DNA of 57,289 nucleotides from Candidatus Parcubacteria bacterium (GTDB taxonomy: Bacteria; Patescibacteriota; Minisyncoccia; Sungbacterales; SURF-37): the NCBI GenBank assembly GCA_003599755.1, contig QZJO01000012.1, positions 1-57,289 on the forward strand, given 5' to 3'. Both the position numbers and the translations under genes were made by a program. This document shows positions 9,081 through 18,035 of the stretch, one piece after another. How positions within the stretch are numbered: the stretch's first letter is position 1; each line of letters starts with the position of its first letter. The notes below the pieces were generated by a model, which saw only the letters and a list, made by a program, of their open reading frames with translations, searched no databases and was not told the origin of the DNA.

Positions 9081-9689
9081 CTACGTTCTGGCAGCCGGTT
9101 CGTACTCTCGGAGCGCGAGCACTTCGCAGGCGCGGAGGATCGGCGCGATGCGCCGTTCGCCTCGGCTGTCCCGCCGCCACTCGAGCTTGATGCGCGCGGG
9201 CTGATCACCTGCTTCTTCGCGCAGGAACGGCGCTCCGTGCCAGGGCTCCAGGGCAAGTTCGCACCGGGCCTCGTTGTCGGATCGATCGTCGATGCTGCAG
9301 TTGCTGTAGAACGATAGCGTCCCCCGGTATCCGTACTTGATGTAGACCATGGCGATGCGTCTGGCGAGCGTCAGCGTCATCAGCTGCTCTTGGTAGCCCG
9401 CGTCATCGAAGCGGATGAACCCGGGCAATCGCCGCAATGCCAGCACGGCGTAGAGATCGGGTTCTTGCTTCTCCCGATCCCATGCCGTCTCGCCGATGAA
9501 CGTGGGCCTGATGCTGTGCGAACGGCTCAGGAAGAGACCCGTGCCGGCCACCGCTTGCCGGGTAGCGATGAGTTGGGCGGGCGCATTGAGGCGTCCGTTG
9601 ACGAACGACCAGTCGAGCGGGATGCTCTCGACGAGCTTCAGCATGACGAACATGTCGCCTTCGGGAATCAGGAACCGTTTAACGTTCAT
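9081..9689 (-). CDS. Hypothetical protein, probably co-transcribed with purB
   Basis: 202-aa ORF starting 14 nt after the purB stop; GGAGG SD. Confidence 0.7.
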   Translation of the reverse strand: MNVKRFLIPEGDMFVMLKLVESIPLDWSFVNGRLNAPAQLIATRQAVAGTGLFLSRSHSIRPTFIGETAWDREKQEPDLYAVLALRRLPGFIRFDDAGYQEQLMTLTLARRIAMVYIKYGYRGTLSFYSNCSIDDRSDNEARCELALEPWHGAPFLREEAGDQPARIKLEWRRDSRGERRIAPILRACEVLALREYEPAART

Positions 9690-9703
9690 CGTGTCCTCCG
9701 TAT

Positions 9704-11137
9704 CTACAGGATCTCTTCGGGAACGTACGCGGCCGCGTCCGGATACCGGTCCGTGATGTCGGCGATGCGGGCCGAGACCCTGTCCACGTGCTCGTGCGCA
9801 AGGCCGTGCACCGGTGTCTCGACGAGCGCCTGGATCTGGTCCGATCCCAAGGGATAGTCCGGATCCGCGGCGAGCGCATCAATGAATCCGCTGAGCTGGC
9901 CGCGGCGCAGCACGCCGACCGCGTGGCGCTTGATGATCGCATGCGCTTGTTCGCGGCCCATGCCGGCCTTGAGCCCGGCCATGAGCAGGCGCGTGGACGA
10001 CAGAAACGGCAAGAACCGGTTGAGCTCGGCAGTGATCATGCCGGGAAACACTTCCATCTCGTCGAGCACCGTCAGGAACGCCTGGAAGATGCCGTCGAGC
10101 GCCATGCACACACCCGGCAGCACGATGCGCCGCACGGCCGAGCAGGACACATCCCCCTCGAGCCACTGCTCGCCGGAGATCTCGGCCGCCATGGCAAGAT
10201 ACCCGTTCAAGATCACCTTGAGCGCCCGAATCCGCTCGCACGTGCGCGCATTGAGCTTGTGCGGCATGGCGGTCGAGCCGGTCTGATCCGACCCGAAGCC
10301 CTCATGAAGAAGCTGATGCCCTGCCATGAGGCGGACCATGAGCGCGAAATTGGCGGGTGCTGCCGCCAGCTGCGCGAGAACGCTCGCGACTTCCAGATCG
10401 AGCGAGCGAGGATAGACCTGGCCCGTGCTCTGGAGCGCGGCCGGGAAGCCGAGGTGCTCCCGGATGTCGGCCTCGAGCGCCGCAACGTTCTCGGCGCTAC
10501 CGAGAAGATCCAGCATGTCCTGCTGCGTGCCCATCGCGCCCTTGATGCCGCGCAGCGGATAGCGCGCGATAAGATGCTCGAGCCGATCAAGCGCGATGAG
10601 CAGCTCCTCGGCAAAGGTCGCGAAGCGCTTGCCCAGCGTCGTGACCTGGCCCGGCATGTTGTGCGAACGGCCGGTCATGGCAAGGAGCTGGAATTCCTGG
10701 CTCCGCATACCGAGACGCGCGAGTACGGCAACCGTACGGTCGCGGAGGAGCAGGAGCGACGCGCGGACCTGGGCCTGCTCGATATTGTCCGTCAGATCAC
10801 GCGAAGTGAAGGCCTCGTGGATCAGCTGAAGCTTCCGGCGGGCGTACAAGCTTGCCAGCGCATTGAATTCCTCGATGCGCGCCTTCACGTCCTGGCGAAG
10901 CCGGATTTCCCGCTCGCGAATCGATGCCAGATTGACCGTGGAAAGGACGCGTTCATACGCGGCGATATCCTCGGTCGCGAACGGAAGCCCGAGCCGCTTT
11001 TGGGATTTGAGCACGCGGACCCAGAGCCGCCGTTCGTCGATGACCTTCTGTTCCGGGGACCAGATCACGACCATTGGCGTGCTCGGGTACCGGCTTGCGA
11101 GTACGTCTTCGATGACGGGCCGTTGCTTCGTATGCAT
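9704..11137 (-). CDS. purB: Adenylosuccinate lyase
   Basis: LASRY, TSRDLTDN, GRSHN, RGIKGAMGT and GSTAMPHKLN signature; SD TAAGGAGG. Confidence 0.93.
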   Translation of the reverse strand: MHTKQRPVIEDVLASRYPSTPMVVIWSPEQKVIDERRLWVRVLKSQKRLGLPFATEDIAAYERVLSTVNLASIREREIRLRQDVKARIEEFNALASLYARRKLQLIHEAFTSRDLTDNIEQAQVRASLLLLRDRTVAVLARLGMRSQEFQLLAMTGRSHNMPGQVTTLGKRFATFAEELLIALDRLEHLIARYPLRGIKGAMGTQQDMLDLLGSAENVAALEADIREHLGFPAALQSTGQVYPRSLDLEVASVLAQLAAAPANFALMVRLMAGHQLLHEGFGSDQTGSTAMPHKLNARTCERIRALKVILNGYLAMAAEISGEQWLEGDVSCSAVRRIVLPGVCMALDGIFQAFLTVLDEMEVFPGMITAELNRFLPFLSSTRLLMAGLKAGMGREQAHAIIKRHAVGVLRRGQLSGFIDALAADPDYPLGSDQIQALVETPVHGLAHEHVDRVSARIADITDRYPDAAAYVPEEIL

Positions 11138-11236
11138 GACAAAGATCCTCCTTATCGTTCGTGACGGACGGTCGGAAAACCTAGAACGACCCTAGCATAG
11201 GATCGAGGCGGCCGATAGTTCGAACGCTCTATATTT

Positions 11237-11276
11237 AAAAACATACGGCGCAGAGGAATCTTCTCCCCTGCGCCGT
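11237..11276 (-). terminator. Intrinsic terminator of the 11307-11969 gene
   Basis: Minus strand: acggcgcagggga...tcctctgcgccgt-atgttttt. Confidence 0.75.
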
Positions 11277-11306
11277 TCTTCTTCTGGGCGCCTCCTAGAG
11301 CGCCTA

Positions 11307-11969
11307 CTACTGCTTCACGGTCGTGATGCGGACCTGGCCGAAGCCGCCCTGGTGGCCGTTGGGCTGCGCCGGCCGGCTGTTCGAGATCGCGCGCGGCCCC
11401 GCCTCCGCCCTCCAGCAGAGCTTGAGGAAGTCCGTACGGGACTTCCTGAGCTCGCGCTCGGCCTCGGCGCGCACCTGCTCGCGGGCCGCGGCCGCGTCGT
11501 TGTGGATGGTGCCGGCGAGCCCGAACACCTTGGCGCCGGCCTCGCGGGCGAACTCGACGCACGCCATGCAGATCGGCGCCCGCCGCTGCTGGCCGTCCCC
11601 GACGAGGATGAGGTTCGACATCTTCGCGGCCGGCTGCGGCTCGGACTGGCAGCCGGGCATGCCGCACAGGTACAGCGCAGCCGCGAAGTACGCGTCCAGC
11701 TCCTTGGCGCGCACCCGCTCGGCCGCGATTCGCGCCTGCTCGGCCCGGTGCCGCTCCTCGGCCTCGATGTACGAGACGAGGGGCTTGGTCGGGATGCCGC
11801 GCTTCTGAGCCTCCGCGCCGTGGTTGGCGCACAGCGCCTCGAGCTCGGGCTTGCCGTTCGCCATCCGGATGATGGCGGAGAAATTCTCGGCCGTCGCCTC
11901 GACGACCGAGCAGCCCACGGTGACCGCGCAGCTGTACAGCCGACTCGGAGTGAGGTCGGAAAGGTTCAT
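11307..11969 (-). CDS. Hypothetical protein with two Cys-rich (putative Zn-binding) repeats
   Basis: YSCAVTVGC...LCANH and YLCGMPGC...ICMAC repeats; SD AAAGGAG; strongly GC-biased third positions. Confidence 0.8.
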   Translation of the reverse strand: MNLSDLTPSRLYSCAVTVGCSVVEATAENFSAIIRMANGKPELEALCANHGAEAQKRGIPTKPLVSYIEAEERHRAEQARIAAERVRAKELDAYFAAALYLCGMPGCQSEPQPAAKMSNLILVGDGQQRRAPICMACVEFAREAGAKVFGLAGTIHNDAAAAREQVRAEAERELRKSRTDFLKLCWRAEAGPRAISNSRPAQPNGHQGGFGQVRITTVKQ

Positions 11970-12068
11970 GAGCCGCTCCTTTCGGGCAGGATGCGCATCC
12001 GGTCATCCTGCCGCTTCGCACGTGCGCTGCTTTTACTGCAGTTCCAGAGAACAAATATCTTAATATAT

Positions 12069-12097
12069 ATTATACTAATAACATATATTTATGTCAA
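12069..12097 (-). promoter_or_regulatory. Perfect consensus sigma70 promoter
   Basis: Minus strand TTGACA-taaatatatgttattag (17 nt)-TATAAT. Confidence 0.85.
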
Positions 12098-12205
12098 TAG
12101 TAGCTCTTGCGCCGCACGGCGAGATGCACCCGCTATTGTTCTCCAGAACGCTTTCGTGCGATAAGCAACCATAGCAGAACCAAATCCATAATCCGAGGAG
12201 GCGCC

Positions 12206-12694
12206 ATGGAGCGCATCGGAAAGGTCATCGCCGTCTGCCTCAGCAAGCAGGGCAACGTCCCGAAATACCCGCAGGCCCGGGTCATCGTGGACCAAGGATT
12301 CACCGGCGACTTCCACGCGGGCGCGACCCGTATCAGCCGCACGACCGGCCAACCCAAGCTGAACGACCGGCAGTTGAGCTTGGTCGCCGACGAAGTACTC
12401 GATGCCCTCGAGGAAGAACTCGGCATCTTCCTGCCGGCCGGCTCATTCGGTGAGAACATCACCACCCTGGGGCTCGGCAACCTCGCCGACATCCCGAACG
12501 GCGCGATCATCGCGATCGGCGACGCCGTGCGACTCCGCGTCATGGCGCAGAATACGCCCTGCGCGAATCTCAACATCTACCATCCGCAGATGGTGCGGCA
12601 CAGCTACGGCCGCCGCGGGATCCTCGCGACGGTGCTGGCCGGAAACGGGGCCGAGCTGCGGCCTGACATGCCGATCCGCGTCACGGCGCGATGA
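12206..12694 (+). CDS. MOSC domain protein
   Basis: GFTGDFHAG, RQLSL, GSFGENITT, NTPC and GRRGILATV motifs; GAGGAGG SD. Confidence 0.88.
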   Translation: MERIGKVIAVCLSKQGNVPKYPQARVIVDQGFTGDFHAGATRISRTTGQPKLNDRQLSLVADEVLDALEEELGIFLPAGSFGENITTLGLGNLADIPNGAIIAIGDAVRLRVMAQNTPCANLNIYHPQMVRHSYGRRGILATVLAGNGAELRPDMPIRVTAR

Positions 12695-12710
12695 TGCCGG
12701 AGAAGACAAC

Positions 12711-12741
12711 AACGTCCGTCAGCCGAGGGCTGGCGGACGTT
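12711..12741. terminator. Hairpin terminator between convergent genes
   Basis: aacgtccgtcagcc-gag-ggctggcggacgtt. Confidence 0.7.
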
Positions 12742-12759
12742 TGCACAGCTTCGCGTTTC

Positions 12760-13046
12760 TTATCGATCCTCGTACGAGCGGGGCGCGATGCGGTTGTCGA
12801 TAAATCGTCCAATATATATAGAGAGAATCACGGCGTTCGCCGCGATCGGCCCGAGCGCCAAGATATACAGCAAGATTCCTTCGGCGCGGAAGTATTCGAA
12901 CGCCGCAAGCGCGAGCGTCCAGGGCAAACCCAGGATGAGGGTAACGAAGCTTTCCCCGAACAGGCCTTGCGCTAGAATAAGGTAAACCGCGGCGAGGAGG
13001 TAGACGAGCGCGAGCCCCAGCCGATGACCGAGAAGTTTGATCTCAT
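12760..13046 (-). pseudogene. Small membrane protein gene with apparent 1-nt frameshift near 13021
   Basis: TATTAT-6 nt-ATG at 13046 reads MRSNFSVIG; the hydrophobic body (LGLALVYLLAAVYLILAQGLFGESF...) is in the adjacent frame. Confidence 0.55.
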
Positions 13047-13090
13047 AGATTAATAATAACACCGCGAAAACAGAGCCCTTTAGGGGTAGC

Positions 13091-13555
13091 ATGAAAACCA
13101 CAACCATTTCATTTCTTGTGGACGATAGCCGAGTAGTACTTGCTGAAAAGAAGCGCGGATTCGGCCAAGGATTCCTGAACGGCTACGGCGGCAAAGCGCA
13201 GGAGGGGGAGACGCCCGAGGACGCCGCAATCCGTGAGCTTCGCGAGGAGGCCGGCGTCGCGGCCGCGCCGGATGCGCTCGAGAAAGTCGCGGTGATCGAT
13301 TTTTTCGACGGCAAACAGCCGGTCACCGAATGCCATATATTTTTCGCATCGGCCTGGGACGGCGAGCCGCGGGAGACGGAGGAAATGGCCAAGCCAGCGT
13401 GGTTTGATCGCGCGAACCCGCCGTTCGAGCGCATGTGGGCGGCCGACCGAACATGGTTGCCGCTCGTATTCAACGGGCAAAAAATCCGCGCCAAAGCATA
13501 TTACGAGCAGGGGATGAAAAAGATGGATCGCTTCGAGCACAAACCATTGTCATGA
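13091..13555 (+). CDS. Nudix hydrolase, MTH1/8-oxo-dGTPase-like
   Basis: KKRGFGQG.LNGYGGK...ETPEDAAIRELREEAG Nudix box; ETEEMAKP.W and MWAAD..WLP. Confidence 0.9.
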   Translation: MKTTTISFLVDDSRVVLAEKKRGFGQGFLNGYGGKAQEGETPEDAAIRELREEAGVAAAPDALEKVAVIDFFDGKQPVTECHIFFASAWDGEPRETEEMAKPAWFDRANPPFERMWAADRTWLPLVFNGQKIRAKAYYEQGMKKMDRFEHKPLS

Positions 13556-14130
13556 ACAAGAGAATCATCGTCGTCCACGGCTGGGATGGCTATCCCGAAG
13601 AAGGATGGTTCCCATGGTTGAAAGGATTATTGGAGAGTCGCGGCTTCACGGTAATCATTCCTGCCATGCCCTCACCGGCCTATCCGAAAATCGAAGAATG
13701 GGTTCCCTATCTTTCGCACATCATTGGGACGCCGGATGAACAGACATACCTTATCGGCCACAGCATCGGTTGCCAGACGATCATGCGGTTTCTCCAAACC
13801 AAGAATCAGAAGGTTGGGGGAGTCATTTTCGTCGCCGGATGGTTCAATCTGCTTCCCGAAAGCATCGCTGACGAGGAATCGCAGGCCATTGCCCGGCCGT
13901 GGATAGAAACGCCGATCAATTACGAGCGTGTAATGCGTGCGGCCAATGTCATAGTTGCCATTTTCTCGGATGACGATCCGGCCGTGCCGCTCTCTGATGC
14001 GGAATTATTCAGAGAACGACTCGGGGCAACAATCATCGTGGAACGGGGTAAGGGGCATTTCAGCGGCAGCGATAACATCACGACGCTGCCCGTCGTAGCG
14101 GAACAATTATTCGCCCTAGCGGCCGCGTGA
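13552..14130 (+). CDS. RBBP9/YdeN-family alpha/beta hydrolase
   Basis: VHGW..., WFPWL, GHSIG nucleophile, SDDDP and GHF; ATGA overlap with the Nudix gene. Confidence 0.9.
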   Translation: MNKRIIVVHGWDGYPEEGWFPWLKGLLESRGFTVIIPAMPSPAYPKIEEWVPYLSHIIGTPDEQTYLIGHSIGCQTIMRFLQTKNQKVGGVIFVAGWFNLLPESIADEESQAIARPWIETPINYERVMRAANVIVAIFSDDDPAVPLSDAELFRERLGATIIVERGKGHFSGSDNITTLPVVAEQLFALAAA

Positions 14131-14205
14131 TGCGCCGCTAAGAATACGCGCTCCGTATCGTCGTACGTACTGTATCCGTAACGGAGCTCGTTTTATTTTT
14201 TGCCT

Positions 14206-14751
14206 ATGAAACGCATCATTATCGGAACATTCGCCTCCCGTGATAATGCGGAAAATGCCATCGGCCATCTGAAAGAGGAAATGGACATCAGCGACGATGA
14301 CATTTCGTTCATCTACCGCGACACTTCCGGCCGCACGCGGGAAGAAGATACCCGGAGTATGGGCGAACGCGGCGATACGCCGGCCGAAGGCGCGAAGCAG
14401 GGCGCGATCGCCGGAGGCGCACTCGGGGCGCTCGCGGGCATCGCGACGGTCATGGGAGTTATTCCGGTCATCGGCCCAATTTTCGCCGCGGGGCCCCTCG
14501 TCGCCGCGCTCGGTATCGGCGGCGCGGCGGGCACCACGGTCGCCGGCGCGGCCACGGGCGCGGCTGCGGGCGGCCTGATCGGGGCGCTGGCGAACATGGG
14601 CGTCGCGCGGGAACGCGCGGAACAATACGCGAGTCAGATCGTCGAGGGCAGCATCCTGGTTATTGCCCACGACGAGCGAGCCGATGAGGTTGCGGACGCG
14701 TTCGTACAATCCGGCGCGATCGAAGCGGAAATTTATATGCCGAACCCGTAG
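14206..14751 (+). CDS. General stress protein (YflT-like domain plus Gly/Ala-rich membrane hairpin)
   Basis: IIGTF.SR.NAE.AI..L and GA..GA.AGG.LG.LAG....IP.IGP..AAGP pattern. Confidence 0.8.
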   Translation: MKRIIIGTFASRDNAENAIGHLKEEMDISDDDISFIYRDTSGRTREEDTRSMGERGDTPAEGAKQGAIAGGALGALAGIATVMGVIPVIGPIFAAGPLVAALGIGGAAGTTVAGAATGAAAGGLIGALANMGVARERAEQYASQIVEGSILVIAHDERADEVADAFVQSGAIEAEIYMPNP

Positions 14752-14947
14752 TTCCACCGGGCCGTATACGTGCTCCATCTTTTGCAGCCAACGCGCATGC
14801 CAATGATAAAAATTTGAGCGGCCCGCTGCAGCGGCCCGTGGCCACCCTGACACCGAATCATCTCGGACTAGACGCACTGCAGCAGGTAATAAGGGAAACG
14901 CCTAAATTGCTCGAAATTCTACTACCGGGTATGCTGGCGGTATTCGC

Positions 14948-15658
14948 ATGCCCGCAAACCCGTCCGAATCCATACTGACCGCCCGGAATGTCGGCGTTGT
15001 CCTGAACGGACGCGTCATTCTTGAAGACATCAGTTTTGCCGTCGATCGGCAAGAATTTTTTACGATCATCGGTCCCAATGGATCGGGAAAGACCACGCTC
15101 TTTCGCGCGCTCATCGGCATGATCCCGCACACCGGCGAAATCCGCTGGGCGCCGGACGTACGCATTGGGTACGTGCCGCAGCAGCTGGATTTGGAACGAA
15201 ACCTCCCCTTATCGCTCCGTGATTTTCTCCGAACCAAGAGCGGCTCCGCCGACAATCTCGAGGCATACCTCGAACTCGTACACCTTGCGCCCGAACTCCT
15301 TGACCGTCCGCTCGGGGCGCTGTCGGGCGGGGAATTCCAGCGAGCGCTGGTCGCTTTCGCTCTGATCGGAGATACCACTGTCCTTTTATTCGACGAGCCG
15401 ACCGCGGGCATCGACCGGCCGAGCGAAGAGCAAATTTACGAGACCCTGCACCGGCTGCAGGATGAGCGCGGCCTGACCATCATCACCATCTCGCACGACT
15501 TGAGTTTGGTGAACCGCTACGCCACCAAAGTCCTCTGCCTCAACAAGCGCAATATCTGCTTCGGCACGCCCGAAGAAGCGCTGCAATCCAAAAATCTTGC
15601 GGAGCTGTACGGCGCGGAGCATTTCAAATACTTCCACCACCAACACTATGACCATTGA
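14948..15658 (+). CDS. znuC: Metal (Zn/Mn) ABC transporter ATPase
   Basis: GPNGSGKTT, IGYVPQ, LSGGEFQR, LLFDEPTAGID, SHDL; His-rich C-terminus. Confidence 0.85.
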   Translation: MPANPSESILTARNVGVVLNGRVILEDISFAVDRQEFFTIIGPNGSGKTTLFRALIGMIPHTGEIRWAPDVRIGYVPQQLDLERNLPLSLRDFLRTKSGSADNLEAYLELVHLAPELLDRPLGALSGGEFQRALVAFALIGDTTVLLFDEPTAGIDRPSEEQIYETLHRLQDERGLTIITISHDLSLVNRYATKVLCLNKRNICFGTPEEALQSKNLAELYGAEHFKYFHHQHYDH

Positions 15659-16433
15659 ACCGTTCGCGCTCGCGCTGGCGGCCCTTGTCGCCGTGGCCTC
15701 GGGCCTCGTCGGCTCGTTCGCGCTTATGCGGCGCATGACGCTGGCCGGCGACGCGCTGTCGCACGTCGCGTTGCCGGGCATCGGCCTGGCGATCCTGTAC
15801 AGCATCAATCCCGTGCTCGGAGGAGCGATCACGCTGATCATCGGCACGCTGATCATCTGGAAAGTCGAGCGAATATCCGCGCTCAATACCGATGCCGTAA
15901 TCGGAGTGCTCTTCGCCCTGAGCTTGGCCGTCGGCGCGATCGCATTCGAAGAAGAGCACGAACTTATTGAAGCGCTCTTCGGCGGGATGGAGCCGGTATC
16001 GGGTATCGAGTTCGCCGTGGGGGCGCTGGTCGGCGCGCTCGTGATCGGGTTCATTCTCCGCTACCGCCACGCGCTCGTACTCTCGCTCGTATCGCGGGAG
16101 CTCGCCAAGACCGCGGCAGTGCCGATCGACCGCCTGCAGCTCGGTTTCCTCATCGCGTTCGCGCTGACCGTGATCGTCGGCATGAAATTTTTGGGCGTGC
16201 TCTTAATGGGCTCGCTCATCATCGTGCCCGCGGCCACGGCACGCAACGTCGCCACGGATTTGCGGAGCATGCTTATGATCGCTTCGATTTCAGCCCTTGT
16301 TGCGGTTCTGTCCGGCCTGATCCTGGCCATACCGCTGGCATTCCAGCCCGGACCGGTAATCATTCTCATCGCCGGTATCCTCTTTATCGGCTCGCTCGTC
16401 GTCAATGCCATCCAGTCGCGCCGTATTGGATGA
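15648..16433 (+). CDS. znuB: Metal ABC transporter permease (ABC-3)
   Basis: RRMTLAGDALSHVALPG and GVLLMGSLIIVPAATAR; overlaps the ATPase gene. Confidence 0.85.
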   Translation: MTIEPFALALAALVAVASGLVGSFALMRRMTLAGDALSHVALPGIGLAILYSINPVLGGAITLIIGTLIIWKVERISALNTDAVIGVLFALSLAVGAIAFEEEHELIEALFGGMEPVSGIEFAVGALVGALVIGFILRYRHALVLSLVSRELAKTAAVPIDRLQLGFLIAFALTVIVGMKFLGVLLMGSLIIVPAATARNVATDLRSMLMIASISALVAVLSGLILAIPLAFQPGPVIILIAGILFIGSLVVNAIQSRRIG

Positions 16434-16479
16434 AATCGCTCATTTTATCGCATATATAGGCGCATACCCGCTCAAGGAC

Positions 16480-16508
16480 TTGCAATAAAATATCATTTGG
16501 GTTATACT
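16480..16508 (+). promoter_or_regulatory. Sigma70 promoter of the cold-shock gene
   Basis: TTGCAA-17 nt-TATACT. Confidence 0.75.
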
Positions 16509-16568
16509 GAAAATGTAGTAAGAGACGGGTCGAGTTTCTGAAGTATTGTTGTAATTCCCCACGCAGAT

Positions 16569-16769
16569 ATGCAGCAAGGAACCATCAAAACGCTGACCCC
16601 GCGCGGATTCGGATTCATCGCTCGCGAAGGCGAAACGAAGGATCTGTTCTTCCACTCGAAGGACCTCCAGGGCGTCACGTTTGAAGAGCTGAAAGTCGGC
16701 GACACCCTTACCTTCGACGTCGTCGAAGGCGAAAAGGGCCCGGCAGCGGTCAACGTATCGCGCGCCTAA
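16569..16769 (+). CDS. cspA: Cold-shock domain protein
   Basis: RGFGFI (RNP1), DLFFH (RNP2), GEKGPAAVNV. Confidence 0.92.
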   Translation: MQQGTIKTLTPRGFGFIAREGETKDLFFHSKDLQGVTFEELKVGDTLTFDVVEGEKGPAAVNVSRA

Positions 16770-16775
16770 GCCAAC

Positions 16776-16813
16776 GCAAAAACCGTCCCGATCCGTCGGG
16801 CGGTTTTTGTTTT
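16776..16813 (+). terminator. Intrinsic terminator
   Basis: gcaaaaaccgtcccga-tccg-tcgggcggtttttgt followed by Ts. Confidence 0.85.
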
Positions 16814-16927
16814 GCGCTCGCGCGACCACATCCGCTATACCGTGGCAATCACGCCGCGTAGGGCAAAGAACCGTTATATTCCCTTCTATCATCCGTCACC
16901 ATCTCCAAAGCCATAATCGCAAACATC

Positions 16928-17296
16928 ATGCCTACCTCTACCCGGCGCAAGCGGAGCACTGACCGGACCGAGATGCCGCGCACGATCCGCGCATCAGAAC
17001 CCAAGGCCCAGCGCACGTGGCAAAAGACCCACGATAGCGCGGTCGAAACGTACGGCGAAGGGGAGCGGGCGCACCGGGTCGCGTACGCCGCGTTGAAGCA
17101 TTCCTTTAAAAAGGAGCGTGGTATTTGGGTGCGAAAAGCGCGAAAAGGCCCGTCGGATCCGCAAGCGGCGCAAAGATACGGCGCGCGGCCAAAACTCACG
17201 GCCGGCGGCAAAGTCGCCAAGACCGAGTCAGAGGCGCAGCGCAAAGCGCAAGAGGCGCGACGGGAATATCGCGCGTTTCGGAAGCGCCGAGGATAA
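16928..17296 (+). CDS. ChaB-family protein
   Basis: P.T...S..KAQRTW.KTHDSA.E.YGEGERAHRVAYAALKH.F...W..K..KGPSD. Confidence 0.82.
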   Translation: MPTSTRRKRSTDRTEMPRTIRASEPKAQRTWQKTHDSAVETYGEGERAHRVAYAALKHSFKKERGIWVRKARKGPSDPQAAQRYGARPKLTAGGKVAKTESEAQRKAQEARREYRAFRKRRG

Positions 17297-17308
17297 CCGA
17301 CTGGGGAA

Positions 17309-17647
17309 TCAGAACCCGCGGCGGCGCCGGTCGCCCCCGCGCTCGTCGCGGAAACCCTGGTCACGCCGCGGCCCGCCTGCCGGACGGGCAGGCCGCTCTT
17401 CCATGGGCCGCGCTTCGTTGACCGCGAGCCGACGGCCCTCGTAGTCCTTGCCGTCGAATTGCTGAACCGCGGCTGCGGCTTCCGCTTCGGTTGCCATTTC
17501 GACAAAACCAAAACCGCGCGAGCGTCCGGTCACGCGGTCCAAAATAATCGCCACGTCGATCACCGTACCCGCCTCGGAAAAGAGATTCTTGAGCTCGTCT
17601 TCCGTCATCCGATACGGCAAGCCCCCTACATATAACTTTTTAGCCAT
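17309..17647 (-). CDS. RRM RNA-binding protein
   Basis: KLYVGGL (RNP2), RSRGFGFVEM (RNP1), VNEARP; Arg/Gly tail. Confidence 0.92.
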   Translation of the reverse strand: MAKKLYVGGLPYRMTEDELKNLFSEAGTVIDVAIILDRVTGRSRGFGFVEMATEAEAAAAVQQFDGKDYEGRRLAVNEARPMEERPARPAGGPRRDQGFRDERGGDRRRRGF

Positions 17648-17801
17648 ATACGCGCAGTCGCTATCATTACGGAAGACGGACGAGCTCTCGGAATATTTCA
17701 AGGGCCGCGCCGCCGCCCTTCCGCGCCTGTGATTAGTCGCGGCCCAGGATGCCCGCATCCGTGCTATACTACATAGCGTACTTATCCATTATCCGTTGCC
17801 T

Positions 17802-17936
17802 ATGATGGGCTATGGCAATCCCATGGGCTGGGCAGGGGGATACGGCAATTCGCTCGGCGTATTGAGCCAAATCGTCTGGCTCATCGCCGGCATCCTCCTT
17901 GCGGTCTGGCTCTGGAAGCAGATTCAAAAGGCATAA
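17802..17936 (+). CDS. Small single-pass membrane protein (44 aa), below cutoff
   Basis: MMGYGNPMGWAGGYGNSLGVLSQIVWLIAGILLAVWLWKQIQKA; extended -10 TGCTATACT at ~17762. Confidence 0.7.
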   Translation: MMGYGNPMGWAGGYGNSLGVLSQIVWLIAGILLAVWLWKQIQKA

Positions 17937-18035
17937 CCGATTACACCGCGACCCGAGATTCGGCATCCGCGCGCATGCGCGCGGATGTGGTTGCATCTGC
18001 GACGTATAACCAGTCATCCATACGACCCGCCAATC

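Noticed and set aside
14838-14978. Short GTG-start ORF upstream of znuC
   Set aside because: No initiation signal or recognisable motif, and it overlaps znuC
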